Shown here piece by piece: positions 49,826-57,970 of a stretch of 64,000 nucleotides of DNA. Below the pieces are notes generated by a model. It was not told the origin of the DNA, made no database searches, and saw nothing but the letters and a program-made list of their open reading frames with translations. A program made the position numbers and the translations under genes. Origin of the DNA: a virus. How positions within the stretch are numbered: position 1 is the first letter of the stretch; every line of letters starts with the position of its first letter. The stretch spans positions 10,373 to 74,372 of IMG/VR virus record IMGVR_UViG_3300046167_000744. One strand, written 5' to 3'.

Positions 49826-50704
49826 ATGTTCGATATACAACATATTGAGGTGCCAGGTAAGCTGATTGACGAGCTACACCGAGAAGGCACAATCAACAGA
49901 GAGGCCACTATTGATCCTACAGCGGATGATGGTGGCTTTTATCTTTTAACGGCTGGTAAGAAGTCAGCACTAGGTGTGGCTATAGGAGACAGTATACAGC
50001 GTGTGGTGGAGAAGGGCATGGATTGGCAAGGTATTAAGCCTAGAGATAAGGCTCAGCTCTGCATGTTCCACTCTCTATCCAACTTCGATCTCACGGTAGT
50101 GCTAGGCGCTGCAGGGACAGGGAAGACCACTGTAGCTACAGCCTATGCACTGCATCAGTTCTTTAGGCATGAGAAGAAGATCGTGCTTAGTAAGCCGTCT
50201 TGCTTTGTAGGTGGTCGATCCAACGCTATCGCAGCGGTCCCTGGTGATGCACGAGAGAAGATAGCTCCATACGTAGAGTCTTTTATGGGTGCGTTGCGCT
50301 CCATATTAGGGGATCATGCGGAGCATCACCTCTATGAGATGGAGGAGAAAGGCAACTTGATGTTCCAGCCTCTGGAGCTTATCCGAGGTCTGAACTTCGA
50401 TAACCATATCGTTATCATTGATGAGGCTCAGAATACCACCGCTCATGAGCTGCTATCGCTTATTAGTAGAGTTGGGCAGCATAGCCAGTGTATAGTGATG
50501 GGCGATCCATCTCAGATAGATATGGATATCACCTGGCAGGAATCAGGACTGCGTAAGCTATTACAGAGTGACTCGTTCTACGACGACCCTATATGCCAGG
50601 CTATCAAACTTAAAGCTCAATACCGTGGGCCACTCGCTGAGCTGGCTCAGGATGTATTGGACGAGTTACTAGGAGACGAAGATGATATCAATCATTATAA
50701 GTAG
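49826..50704 (+). CDS. phoH: PhoH-family ATPase
   Basis: GAAGTGKT, PGDAREK..PY, IRGLNF...IDEAQN, GDPSQID. Confidence 0.93.
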   Translation: MFDIQHIEVPGKLIDELHREGTINREATIDPTADDGGFYLLTAGKKSALGVAIGDSIQRVVEKGMDWQGIKPRDKAQLCMFHSLSNFDLTVVLGAAGTGKTTVATAYALHQFFRHEKKIVLSKPSCFVGGRSNAIAAVPGDAREKIAPYVESFMGALRSILGDHAEHHLYEMEEKGNLMFQPLELIRGLNFDNHIVIIDEAQNTTAHELLSLISRVGQHSQCIVMGDPSQIDMDITWQESGLRKLLQSDSFYDDPICQAIKLKAQYRGPLAELAQDVLDELLGDEDDINHYK

Positions 50705-50957
50705 CGCTGTGCTTATCATTGTAGGGTTTATAGCTAATATGCTCTGCTTCTCTTTTAGATTGCGGAGCAGCTGGCTAAAGGAAGACCTCAGAGACATGCA
50801 GAAAGAGCATAATGAGCGCCTGGAGCGCCTACAGGAAGCTAGTGCTAGGCTCAGGACCGATGTAAATAAGTTAACCAGTCGAATGACAGGTGTTGAGATC
50901 GAGCTACATCAGCTAGGTGTTAAGAGTGACCTGGACTATGGTAGGGAAGATCCCTAA
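50682..50957 (+). CDS. Membrane-anchored coiled-coil protein
   Basis: N-terminal TM followed by a heptad pattern. Confidence 0.6.
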   Translation: MISIIISSAVLIIVGFIANMLCFSFRLRSSWLKEDLRDMQKEHNERLERLQEASARLRTDVNKLTSRMTGVEIELHQLGVKSDLDYGREDP

Positions 50958-51175
50958 GCCTTGCGTTTACGCTTCCTTGGTAGAGCTGGTTTCTCACCTT
51001 CGGCGTAATAGCCTATGTTGTCACGGATGGTGATCAGGCAGGTTTTACACATACCTGTCGTGCCGTTATCCCAGACTAAGCCCCAATTATTCTTATACTT
51101 AGGCAGGACCTCGCTGCAGCTGGTGCAATGCCCGTCCTGTCTCGGTATTCTACTACTGGCGCTACGTCGTGACAT
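50954..51175 (-). CDS. Small CxxC zinc-binding hypothetical protein
   Basis: CTSC...CKTC; AGGAG RBS. Confidence 0.6.
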   Translation of the reverse strand: MSRRSASSRIPRQDGHCTSCSEVLPKYKNNWGLVWDNGTTGMCKTCLITIRDNIGYYAEGEKPALPRKRKRKA

Positions 51176-51184
51176 AAATGGCTC

Positions 51185-51364
51185 CTAGTGTTGAGGTAGT
51201 AGCCGCTTCTCCACCTTAACGATGTAGGTATCATCACTAAAGTAGGCAGCATGTGTGTCTGCATCCACCTTATTAGCGAAGATACGGGCAGACGCAGTGT
51301 ATTGATTGCCGTCCTTGATGGGTGTTAGCACCGTAACCAAGTAAAACGCTTTATTCTTCTTCAT
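51185..51364 (-). CDS. Small hypothetical protein
   Basis: Fills the gap between neighbours; likely start MKKNK at 51364. Confidence 0.5.
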   Translation of the reverse strand: MKKNKAFYLVTVLTPIKDGNQYTASARIFANKVDADTHAAYFSDDTYIVKVEKRLLPQH

Positions 51365-51653
51365 CGTAGTCCAAGATAGATAGCCCGTCTTCACGGATAT
51401 CAGGTCGGATCCCTGCGTCGATGTAGTCTATACCACGAACCACGTTGTAGCTGATCCACTCAATGGCTGTCTCGTGTTCAAACCCATGATCGTCCAGGCT
51501 CTTCATATCTTCGCACTCGTGGAAGTGCATCACTAGCTTATTATAATCATAGATGATACGCCCGTCTTCAACAGCTACGACCGCACAGCCACAACCGTCT
51601 ATCTGAACAGACTCATCTTCATAGGTGTATTCTTTTGGTAACTCACAGCTCAT
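51351..51653 (-). CDS. Conserved phage hypothetical protein
   Basis: IDG...AVV...IYDYNK...AIEWISYNV pattern seen in aquatic phages. Confidence 0.65.
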   Translation of the reverse strand: MSCELPKEYTYEDESVQIDGCGCAVVAVEDGRIIYDYNKLVMHFHECEDMKSLDDHGFEHETAIEWISYNVVRGIDYIDAGIRPDIREDGLSILDYDEEE

Positions 51654-52536
51654 CGTCTAAAGCTCCAAATATAGTGTCCCACCAGGGCGCTATATCATAT
51701 TTACGTTCGTTAACATGGTGATGCCCGAAGATAGTGAAGTCACTAGTATCTTTATAGACCTCATGATCGTCAGGGCAAACGAAATCCCAGCCTAGAGCCT
51801 CAAATAGATCCTCGATAAAGGCGTTGGTAGCGTCAGCTATGCGAGGGTCTACTGTTACGAGCGCTTTAGGGCCTCTACCAGTAGTGTTATCTAGCTTCTC
51901 TACGTTGTAGCCGTTCGTATCATAGTGTTCCTTCCACTGACGTAGAGGAGACTGACAAACATCAACACCGATAGAGTGATCGTTGACCCAACCGCCATGC
52001 CATGCATTTAGGCCCATATCTAAGACCTGGTAGACGACAGGTTTACCATCTACTAGCCCGATAAGGAAGTGACTCGATACTTGGCGAGCGGTGCTGGCGA
52101 ATACATTGAAGCAGTGCTTAGGGTTGAGACCGCCCCAATGCATGCAGACAGCACGAGGTAGGGTAGATCTGCGGCTAAAGTTACCGAACTTATGTAGGTC
52201 CAAGCCTGTAGGCTCATCAAAGGTGATCAGCTCATATAGATCAGACTTAGGTAGGTGGATACGGCAGCCGTTCTGAACAATATACTCTTCAGTGATAGGC
52301 TGATACTTGCTAAGGATAGCTTTGTAGGTTTGATTACCTAGCTTCCCGTCGCATTCCCACTCATCAAAACCCAACTCTCGCTGAACCTTGACAACCTCCC
52401 AGGCAAACGCCTCGGAGTGTGAAGGAGAGGCTAGTAGTGGTAACTGGTCTAGCACCGCTTGAGGGAAGGCGTGGTTAGCTCGCTTATTATATTTGCAAGC
52501 CTTACCTAGATTAAACTTATCAACAACTTCAGACAT
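51643..52536 (-). CDS. N-acetylmuramoyl-L-alanine amidase (endolysin) with PG-binding-like N-domain
   Basis: VQRELG...DGKLGNQT; VCMHW, SSHFLI, AWHGG..N..SIGVD, GHHHV...KYD. Confidence 0.88.
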   Translation of the reverse strand: MSEVVDKFNLGKACKYNKRANHAFPQAVLDQLPLLASPSHSEAFAWEVVKVQRELGFDEWECDGKLGNQTYKAILSKYQPITEEYIVQNGCRIHLPKSDLYELITFDEPTGLDLHKFGNFSRRSTLPRAVCMHWGGLNPKHCFNVFASTARQVSSHFLIGLVDGKPVVYQVLDMGLNAWHGGWVNDHSIGVDVCQSPLRQWKEHYDTNGYNVEKLDNTTGRGPKALVTVDPRIADATNAFIEDLFEALGWDFVCPDDHEVYKDTSDFTIFGHHHVNERKYDIAPWWDTIFGALDDEL

Positions 52537-53121
52537 TTAGGCCTCCTCGTGTTTGATCTTCCCATCCTCATCAGGTTGGGCGCTGTAGTCACGCTCGTGA
52601 AGAAGCCTTAACTTCTCAGCGAGGCACTGTGCAGGATCGAGGTTGAGTAAAGCAGAGAGGTGAAAGGCTAGCACGAATATGTCAGCGAGTTCGTTACCCA
52701 CGTCCATACGAGTTTTAATCGTATCATTCTCTGAGTAAGCGGTAGCAGCCTCAGTGAGTTCCTGGACCTCTTCTTTTAAGTGGTTCAGGACCCCGTTGAC
52801 GGTAGCTCGATCATCGAGTTGCTGCTGCCAGTGCCAGATAGCGAGCGCAGCGTCGTCGAGTGGGAGCGCAGCAGGTGTGATAAAGGCAACCTCATCGCAC
52901 TTCTCTTGGATATCTTCGCTTAGGCCCATCTGAGAGAGTATGGTTGAGGAGTAGGCAGCGTGAATCTTGCTACCAACACGGACGATACCTTGCAGGGCTA
53001 TATCAGCGGCCTCTGTAGCTAGTAGCTTACCTTCGTTATTCTTCTCAGAGAGAATCATTTTAGATACGGATGAGCGAGCTTCAAGGCGAGCTTTGAGGTA
53101 TTCTTCGACAGTAGAGATCAT
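52537..53121 (-). CDS. MazG-like all-alpha NTP pyrophosphohydrolase
   Basis: HLKEEVQEL...NELADIFVL...AEKL...ERDY. Confidence 0.75.
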   Translation of the reverse strand: MISTVEEYLKARLEARSSVSKMILSEKNNEGKLLATEAADIALQGIVRVGSKIHAAYSSTILSQMGLSEDIQEKCDEVAFITPAALPLDDAALAIWHWQQQLDDRATVNGVLNHLKEEVQELTEAATAYSENDTIKTRMDVGNELADIFVLAFHLSALLNLDPAQCLAEKLRLLHERDYSAQPDEDGKIKHEEA

Positions 53122-53161
53122 GTAGGACTCCAGATTAGCAGGGTGTTAAATAACTATCCCT

Positions 53162-53398
53162 CTAACTATAGTCTACCGCCCTCTTATTTGCAAGCCTTTT
53201 GATAGATCGCAGCTCTTCATCAGATAAATCTTGCTCCATGTCCATACCGAAGTCGGATATGCAGGCTATGATGGACCCGTCAGCGTCTAGCGTTATCGCT
53301 AACTCCTCGCCTGAGTGTCTTCGTAAGATTAAGAACAGATGAACTAGCTCGACTACATAAGTATCTCCAAAGCTAACATCAATAGATGGGTGTGACAT
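53162..53398 (-). CDS. Hypothetical protein
   Basis: AGGAG RBS and TGCTACTAT promoter at 53426-53434. Confidence 0.6.
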   Translation of the reverse strand: MSHPSIDVSFGDTYVVELVHLFLILRRHSGEELAITLDADGSIIACISDFGMDMEQDLSDEELRSIKRLANKRAVDYS

Positions 53399-53438
53399 AA
53401 TAAGCTCCTATTGTCTATTTCCTAGATAGTAGCATATA

Positions 53439-55445
53439 TCATTTCATATCGTAGCTAAGATCGCACTGACCTCCAGGGCAAGCTACCTCCGCCATAGCCT
53501 CTGTATTGTCTTCAGCCTCATGAACACCATCTAATTTGATGTTAGGTAGCTCTGATAGGGCGTAGTATAGATCCCTAGTTTCAATCTTAGCTTCGTAGTG
53601 AGGGTCCGACGGATCAGGATTGTCGTAAACCTCTGCATATGGAGGCTGCTGATAGTCGTAATCACCCGAAGTAGATAGTAGCGAGATGCCCGTAAAGTAA
53701 TCTCGATTGGTCCAGATGTATTCTCTGACGGAGTTCCATTCGTCTGGAGCTACCGATACCGTTATCGACACGTTATGCTGCAGATCGAGGCACCTGTTTA
53801 GATCCGTAGAGTCGTTGACCCATGATTTATTGACGGTCTTAGCTAGTTCGAGGTGCTGCAATGCGTGGATATCACTCTTAACTAGAGCAGTTGGAGGTGC
53901 TTCGCAAGGGAAGGCTATCACTCGTTGCGTGTCTGCGCCCCATACTGAGTTGGAGCAGGCTTGAGGGTGTGTGCGTTCTACTTCCTGGTATAGAGGCTCA
54001 AGCATATCAGCCTGGACCCTGCGGATATACTTCTTTGCGTGATATGGGTGTATGCCTGCTGACGTGCCTAATACTATAGAAGCCGTGCCTTCAGGTTTGA
54101 CACAGGTGATACGAGAGGCTTGAGGAATACCGATAGCCTCACTTATCTCTTTATTAGTTAGCGCTGCGAGGTTCTTAGCCTTTTGTAGTGTAGAGGCGGT
54201 GTAGAACATAGGATCTGAGAGTATGCCTGTCATCGACACACCTAGTAGGGACTCACGACGGATGATAGCCTCGCTGACGGAACCGAGATACGGGAAATCA
54301 GTGTAAGAGGCTTGGACCGTGCCTAGCGTGGTAGCTAGCTGCACCGCTGATAGGAACTCAGCTTCAGATGTAATGGAGGAGCAGTTTATCGTAGTGAGGT
54401 TACACGCCTGCCAACCTGACTGGAATGTATAGCCTAGTGACTCCCATCGAGAGCGCCGAGTATGATCCAGTAGTTCAGGTGTGTATAGCTCTACCGTTTT
54501 ACCGTTCTGCTGGACTAGGACGGGGGCCATTCCTATCTCGACGCAGGGATTGTATAAGTATTCCGCAGACTTAGAGAAGATAAAGCCAGGCTCACCAAAC
54601 TCCTTTGTAGACTGGAAGAGGTTATCGTATACCTCTTTATCCGTGTCGGGTAGTAGCATCGCACTGATGTTGGCCCTACCTCGCTGTGGATTGTCGATGA
54701 ACCAGTTACCTGTCTTGCTCTTATACATCTCGGAATCATCAGGTGAGAATACTGCGATAGTTGCAGATCTGCGGATTCCACCTGATATCACCGCATCCGC
54801 TAGGTGCATAGTTATATCGAAGGCTTCAATAGGTCTGAGTTGGCGACCTATCGCTGAATGTAAGATGTTACGTGCGTGGATAAGCGCCTTTTGGAGAGGT
54901 GCAGGGCCAGGAGCGAGGCCACCGTGACGTAGCGGAGCGCCTTTAGGACGAACCTGCGAGAAGTCGAAGAGTGGAAAGGCTGATCCCGTGAAGTATGCGT
55001 CGGTGAGACGATGCACTGCGTCTGCCCAGCCTTCAATAGAGTCTTCAACGGTGAAGGAGATGGACCCTTGAGGCTCAAGTAGTGGAGGTAGGCTCTGTAT
55101 ATGGTGCTTCTGAACGCTGAAGCCAGCTCCACAACCGCAGAGGAGGAGCCAGAAACACTCACCGAAGAATGATGGACGGTCACAATAAGATACGACACAG
55201 TTATAGATGCGAGCGTTCTTCTCTTCTATAGCTTCGCCGCCGAACTGTAGACCACGTTGGCTACCTGCGATGATCTTAGATTTATAAGCCTCTCTCGTTT
55301 GGACTAGATTTAGACCAGGGAAGCGTGATTGGTGCATATCCATCACTCGGTTTACAGACTCAATAAAAGACTCTCTTCGTTGCTGGTCTGCTAGGTATTT
55401 AGGGTATTTAGATGCGAAAACGTAGTTAGATAGCGACTGCTTCAT
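53439..55445 (-). CDS. nrdJ: Class II (AdoCbl-dependent) ribonucleotide reductase
   Basis: RIYNC, LLCGCGAGFS, SGGIRRSA, NPCVEI, ACNLT, TCVKPEGT, C-terminal ACPGGQC; no small subunit nearby. Confidence 0.92.
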   Translation of the reverse strand: MKQSLSNYVFASKYPKYLADQQRRESFIESVNRVMDMHQSRFPGLNLVQTREAYKSKIIAGSQRGLQFGGEAIEEKNARIYNCVVSYCDRPSFFGECFWLLLCGCGAGFSVQKHHIQSLPPLLEPQGSISFTVEDSIEGWADAVHRLTDAYFTGSAFPLFDFSQVRPKGAPLRHGGLAPGPAPLQKALIHARNILHSAIGRQLRPIEAFDITMHLADAVISGGIRRSATIAVFSPDDSEMYKSKTGNWFIDNPQRGRANISAMLLPDTDKEVYDNLFQSTKEFGEPGFIFSKSAEYLYNPCVEIGMAPVLVQQNGKTVELYTPELLDHTRRSRWESLGYTFQSGWQACNLTTINCSSITSEAEFLSAVQLATTLGTVQASYTDFPYLGSVSEAIIRRESLLGVSMTGILSDPMFYTASTLQKAKNLAALTNKEISEAIGIPQASRITCVKPEGTASIVLGTSAGIHPYHAKKYIRRVQADMLEPLYQEVERTHPQACSNSVWGADTQRVIAFPCEAPPTALVKSDIHALQHLELAKTVNKSWVNDSTDLNRCLDLQHNVSITVSVAPDEWNSVREYIWTNRDYFTGISLLSTSGDYDYQQPPYAEVYDNPDPSDPHYEAKIETRDLYYALSELPNIKLDGVHEAEDNTEAMAEVACPGGQCDLSYDMK

Positions 55446-55678
55446 AGCCTGTTCCTGTCCGATTAATAGGTAAGTAAAGACCTGGTGTAGCTGCAACCTA
55501 CTCGTAAAGAAGCGTAGGGAGCTTACCGAAAGATCAATAGGGTTAAGTAGTATATAAGAGAGAGATGCATCTGTAAAGTAGGTGTTGAAAGCTAGGTGCC
55601 TGACCTGTGCTGATCAGGCAGATATAGATGTCGCCCTATATATAGAGTCAAGATTCTAGTGGTGAGATTCATCGAATC

Positions 55679-55832
55679 GGTATTGAGTTAGTCGTCTGTA
55701 GCTTAAATCTAGAGGCATGGATCACTGATATTGGTATTCAGTTAGTCGGCCTGTAGCTAGTTTTAAGAAGCCTGGATCACTGATATTGGTATTGAGTTAG
55801 TGGCTCGTTACTAGTTTTAAGAAGCCTGGATA
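55679..55832. repeat. Three imperfect tandem units of about 54-55 bp (third truncated)
   Basis: GGTATT(G/C)AGTTAGT...TGGAT units start at 55679, 55733, 55788. Confidence 0.85.
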
Positions 55833-55935
55833 TATGCCGTGCGGCAGATTTATCGAGGTGAAAACCAGGGTGGTATTATGTCTATCCCGAAAAAGTGACA
55901 ATTTTTGTCACAGGGTTAGTGAGCATCAAAATTGC

Positions 55936-56350
55936 CCACTAGCACCTAGTGGATAGCAAAATGCGCTCTAGGCTAGAGCCACTAGTGGGCTATCCACTAG
56001 CTCACTAACAATGCTAGTGACACTAGTGGGCTATCCACTGGTGTTCTAACACGAAATCTTTCTGGCAGGTGGCAGACAGGTGGCAGGGTCTAACTATATG
56101 TTTCCGTTGAGGAAAAACCCCAAAATGCCAAACTTAGTAAAATATAAAAGGTCTAGGGGAGTATATATAGTTTGAGAGTATGGTTTTTTAAAAACACTAT
56201 AAGAATATATATATACTCCAGGGCATCCTTAGTTTTCGGGTAACTTTGGCATTCTGCCCGAATAGGCTAGTTATATTAAGCACTTAAGCCCTGCCACCTC
56301 TCTGCCACTTAGTTAGTGACGCTAGTGGGCTATCCACTAGCTCCACTAGC
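55936..56350. repeat. Symmetric ori-like element, copy 4
   Basis: Degenerate units at 55936-56050 and 56312-56350; TGGCA at 56063/56070/56081; boxes at 56126-56135 and 56242-56251; TGCCA at 56292/56303. Confidence 0.92.
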
Positions 56351-56443
56351 AAATGCGATTTGTATGATATTTAATTCGGCGCTGCGCCTCACCAGGCTCA
56401 TAGGGACCCATGCCTAGTTGCAAGTCGCTTGCGCTACCGTGAA

Positions 56444-56660
56444 GCATATCCACTTTGGTGCATATCCACTTTGATGCATATTCACCTGGACGCATTTACG
56501 AGTCGAGCGCTGAGCCGCACCTATATCCATCTACCTGGATATGCAAGTCGCTTGCATCTTGCCACATGCGACTAGGGACCTGGCGCTGCGCTCCTCGCCA
56601 CTCGTAAATGCAGCTCGCCACTTGCCACTCGCCACTCGCCACTCGTAAATGCAGCTCGTC
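56444..56660. repeat. Short-repeat zone: 16-bp-period GCATATCCACTTTG units and CTCGCCA heptamers
   Basis: GCAT(A/T)T at 56444, 56460, 56476, 56492; CTCGCCA/CTTGCCA/CTCGTAA run at 56594-56660. Confidence 0.8.
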
Positions 56661-56870
56661 ACCAGGTCCCTGCTGCAGTATGCTCCTCATTTAGCCTCTG
56701 CTGCATTTATGGACTCTACCTAGCGTCCTAGTATGCGTTGACCCTCTTACGTGCAGCACGGGCCATTCTGAGCGTCCATTTCTGCAACCTGAAGAGTCCA
56801 GGATCATGCGCCTCGCCACCAGGGACCTGGACCCATGTGATATGCACGTCGCATCCGCAAATGCTAGATA

Positions 56871-56906
56871 CAAAAAAACCCCCACCTGCAAATGCTGATG
56901 AGGGTT
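56871..56906 (-). terminator. Rho-independent terminator candidate
   Basis: Minus strand AACCCTCATCAGCATTTGCAGGTGGGG followed by T7, downstream of the 56945 stop. Confidence 0.6.
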
Positions 56907-56944
56907 CCATGTGTAGCTTGACTTCGGGTTAGGAAGTTTAGGTT

Positions 56945-57743
56945 TTAGTGGTTAGAGGTTGTAGGGAAGTAGGATGCCAAGAGGCTGGTAAGAACATCAT
57001 GTGTAGATTCTTCATCGCCCTGGTAGAGCCATGCGACGATCACCGCCTCATCGAAGCCGTTGTCGATCTCCATGCGCTCGCATAGCCACTCGACACTCAT
57101 CTCGGTGAGATCCGCTTCGCAGAGCTTCTGCGCCTGGATACCCAAATCCCAGAAGGATGGGAAGCTGATATGCTCCAGGTATCCTAAGAACAGGTCCCAG
57201 TCGTGAGCCGCATGGTGACCTGCCTGGCAGAGCTGCCGACATGTAAACAAAGCACTGAAGCGCTTAGCTACGTCGGTATCAGAGGAGAGAAGCTCCAAGA
57301 AGTCGTCCAGGATGAAGCACTCATCATTTACGAACTGATCAAGCGCCTTGCGAGTAGTTGAAGATACATCCGTATACAGCGCCATGAGATCAACGTCGGG
57401 GCCGCTAAGCACCTCTGTGATCTCAGTAGCGTATTGGCGGAGTTGCACAGCTGCCTGAGCGCTCTCCAGGAGATTATCGAACCAATCGTAGAGGCTGCTA
57501 GGCACCTCCTGTTCAGACTCTTCAAGCTCGTAAGTAAACTGGGCGAATCCACGCTGGAGCGGCTCCATCAAGGCCAGCCTCGACAACAGACTCAAAATAA
57601 GATGAGGCTGATGAGAAGTCGAGGAAGGACCCCTGAGTCTTCTGGATCTCTTTAGTGGCATCATTCCACATAAGGTCGAGGAGCGCAGGAGGGTGTTGAA
57701 GAAATACACATTCAGATGTCAAAGAAGGGTTGACTTTATTCAT
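56945..57743 (-). CDS. Acidic hypothetical protein (about 265 aa; one apparent extra base near 57560)
   Basis: ORFs 57522-57743 and 56945-57709 join as ...GLDGA/LQRGFAQF...; strongly D/E-rich; own promoter and terminator. Confidence 0.6.
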
Positions 57744-57803
57744 AGGAAGGTCGCTTTCCGAGTCGGTTAGGACTCACTTGCTGGCTTCCGAAGTCAAGCT
57801 ACA

Positions 57804-57862
57804 TTCACTACTATAGCCACCTGATCCCTGATTGCAAGTTTTATTCTATTACCAATCAGGGA
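57804..57862 (-). promoter_or_regulatory. Sigma70-like promoter whose -35 region is bracketed by a 10-bp inverted repeat
   Basis: TTGCAA..TATAGT, AT-rich upstream; TCCCTGATTG (57825-57834) N18 CAATCAGGGA (57853-57862); shares TAGTGAATGT with the promoter at about 61810. Confidence 0.6.
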
Positions 57863-57970
57863 GGAGTCGTCTAAGTATATGATATTGCTACGTAATAAAC
57901 TTTAAAATAAAATAGTAGCAGGTCGTTCTAAAGCGGAAATGAGTTCCTATTTAGCTGCAAGCGAGGAGCG

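Noticed and set aside
54400-54530. Intein or intron in nrdJ between NPCVEI and CNLT
   Set aside because: The insertion is only about 40 aa, in frame, and lacks intein C/S...HN termini or endonuclease motifs.
55446-55680. Cobalamin riboswitch upstream of nrdJ
   Set aside because: I could not find the conserved B12-box/GGGAA elements by eye; an Rfam search would be needed.
56496-56932. Short ORFs in the repeat-rich zone
   Set aside because: Their translations simply mirror the heptamer repeats; overlapping frames and no RBS support.
56912-57803. Retron msr-msd (a1/a2 repeats) or insertion sequence
   Set aside because: No reverse transcriptase or transposase motifs in the enclosed ORF or elsewhere in the window, no evident target-site duplication, and the enclosed segment is coding.
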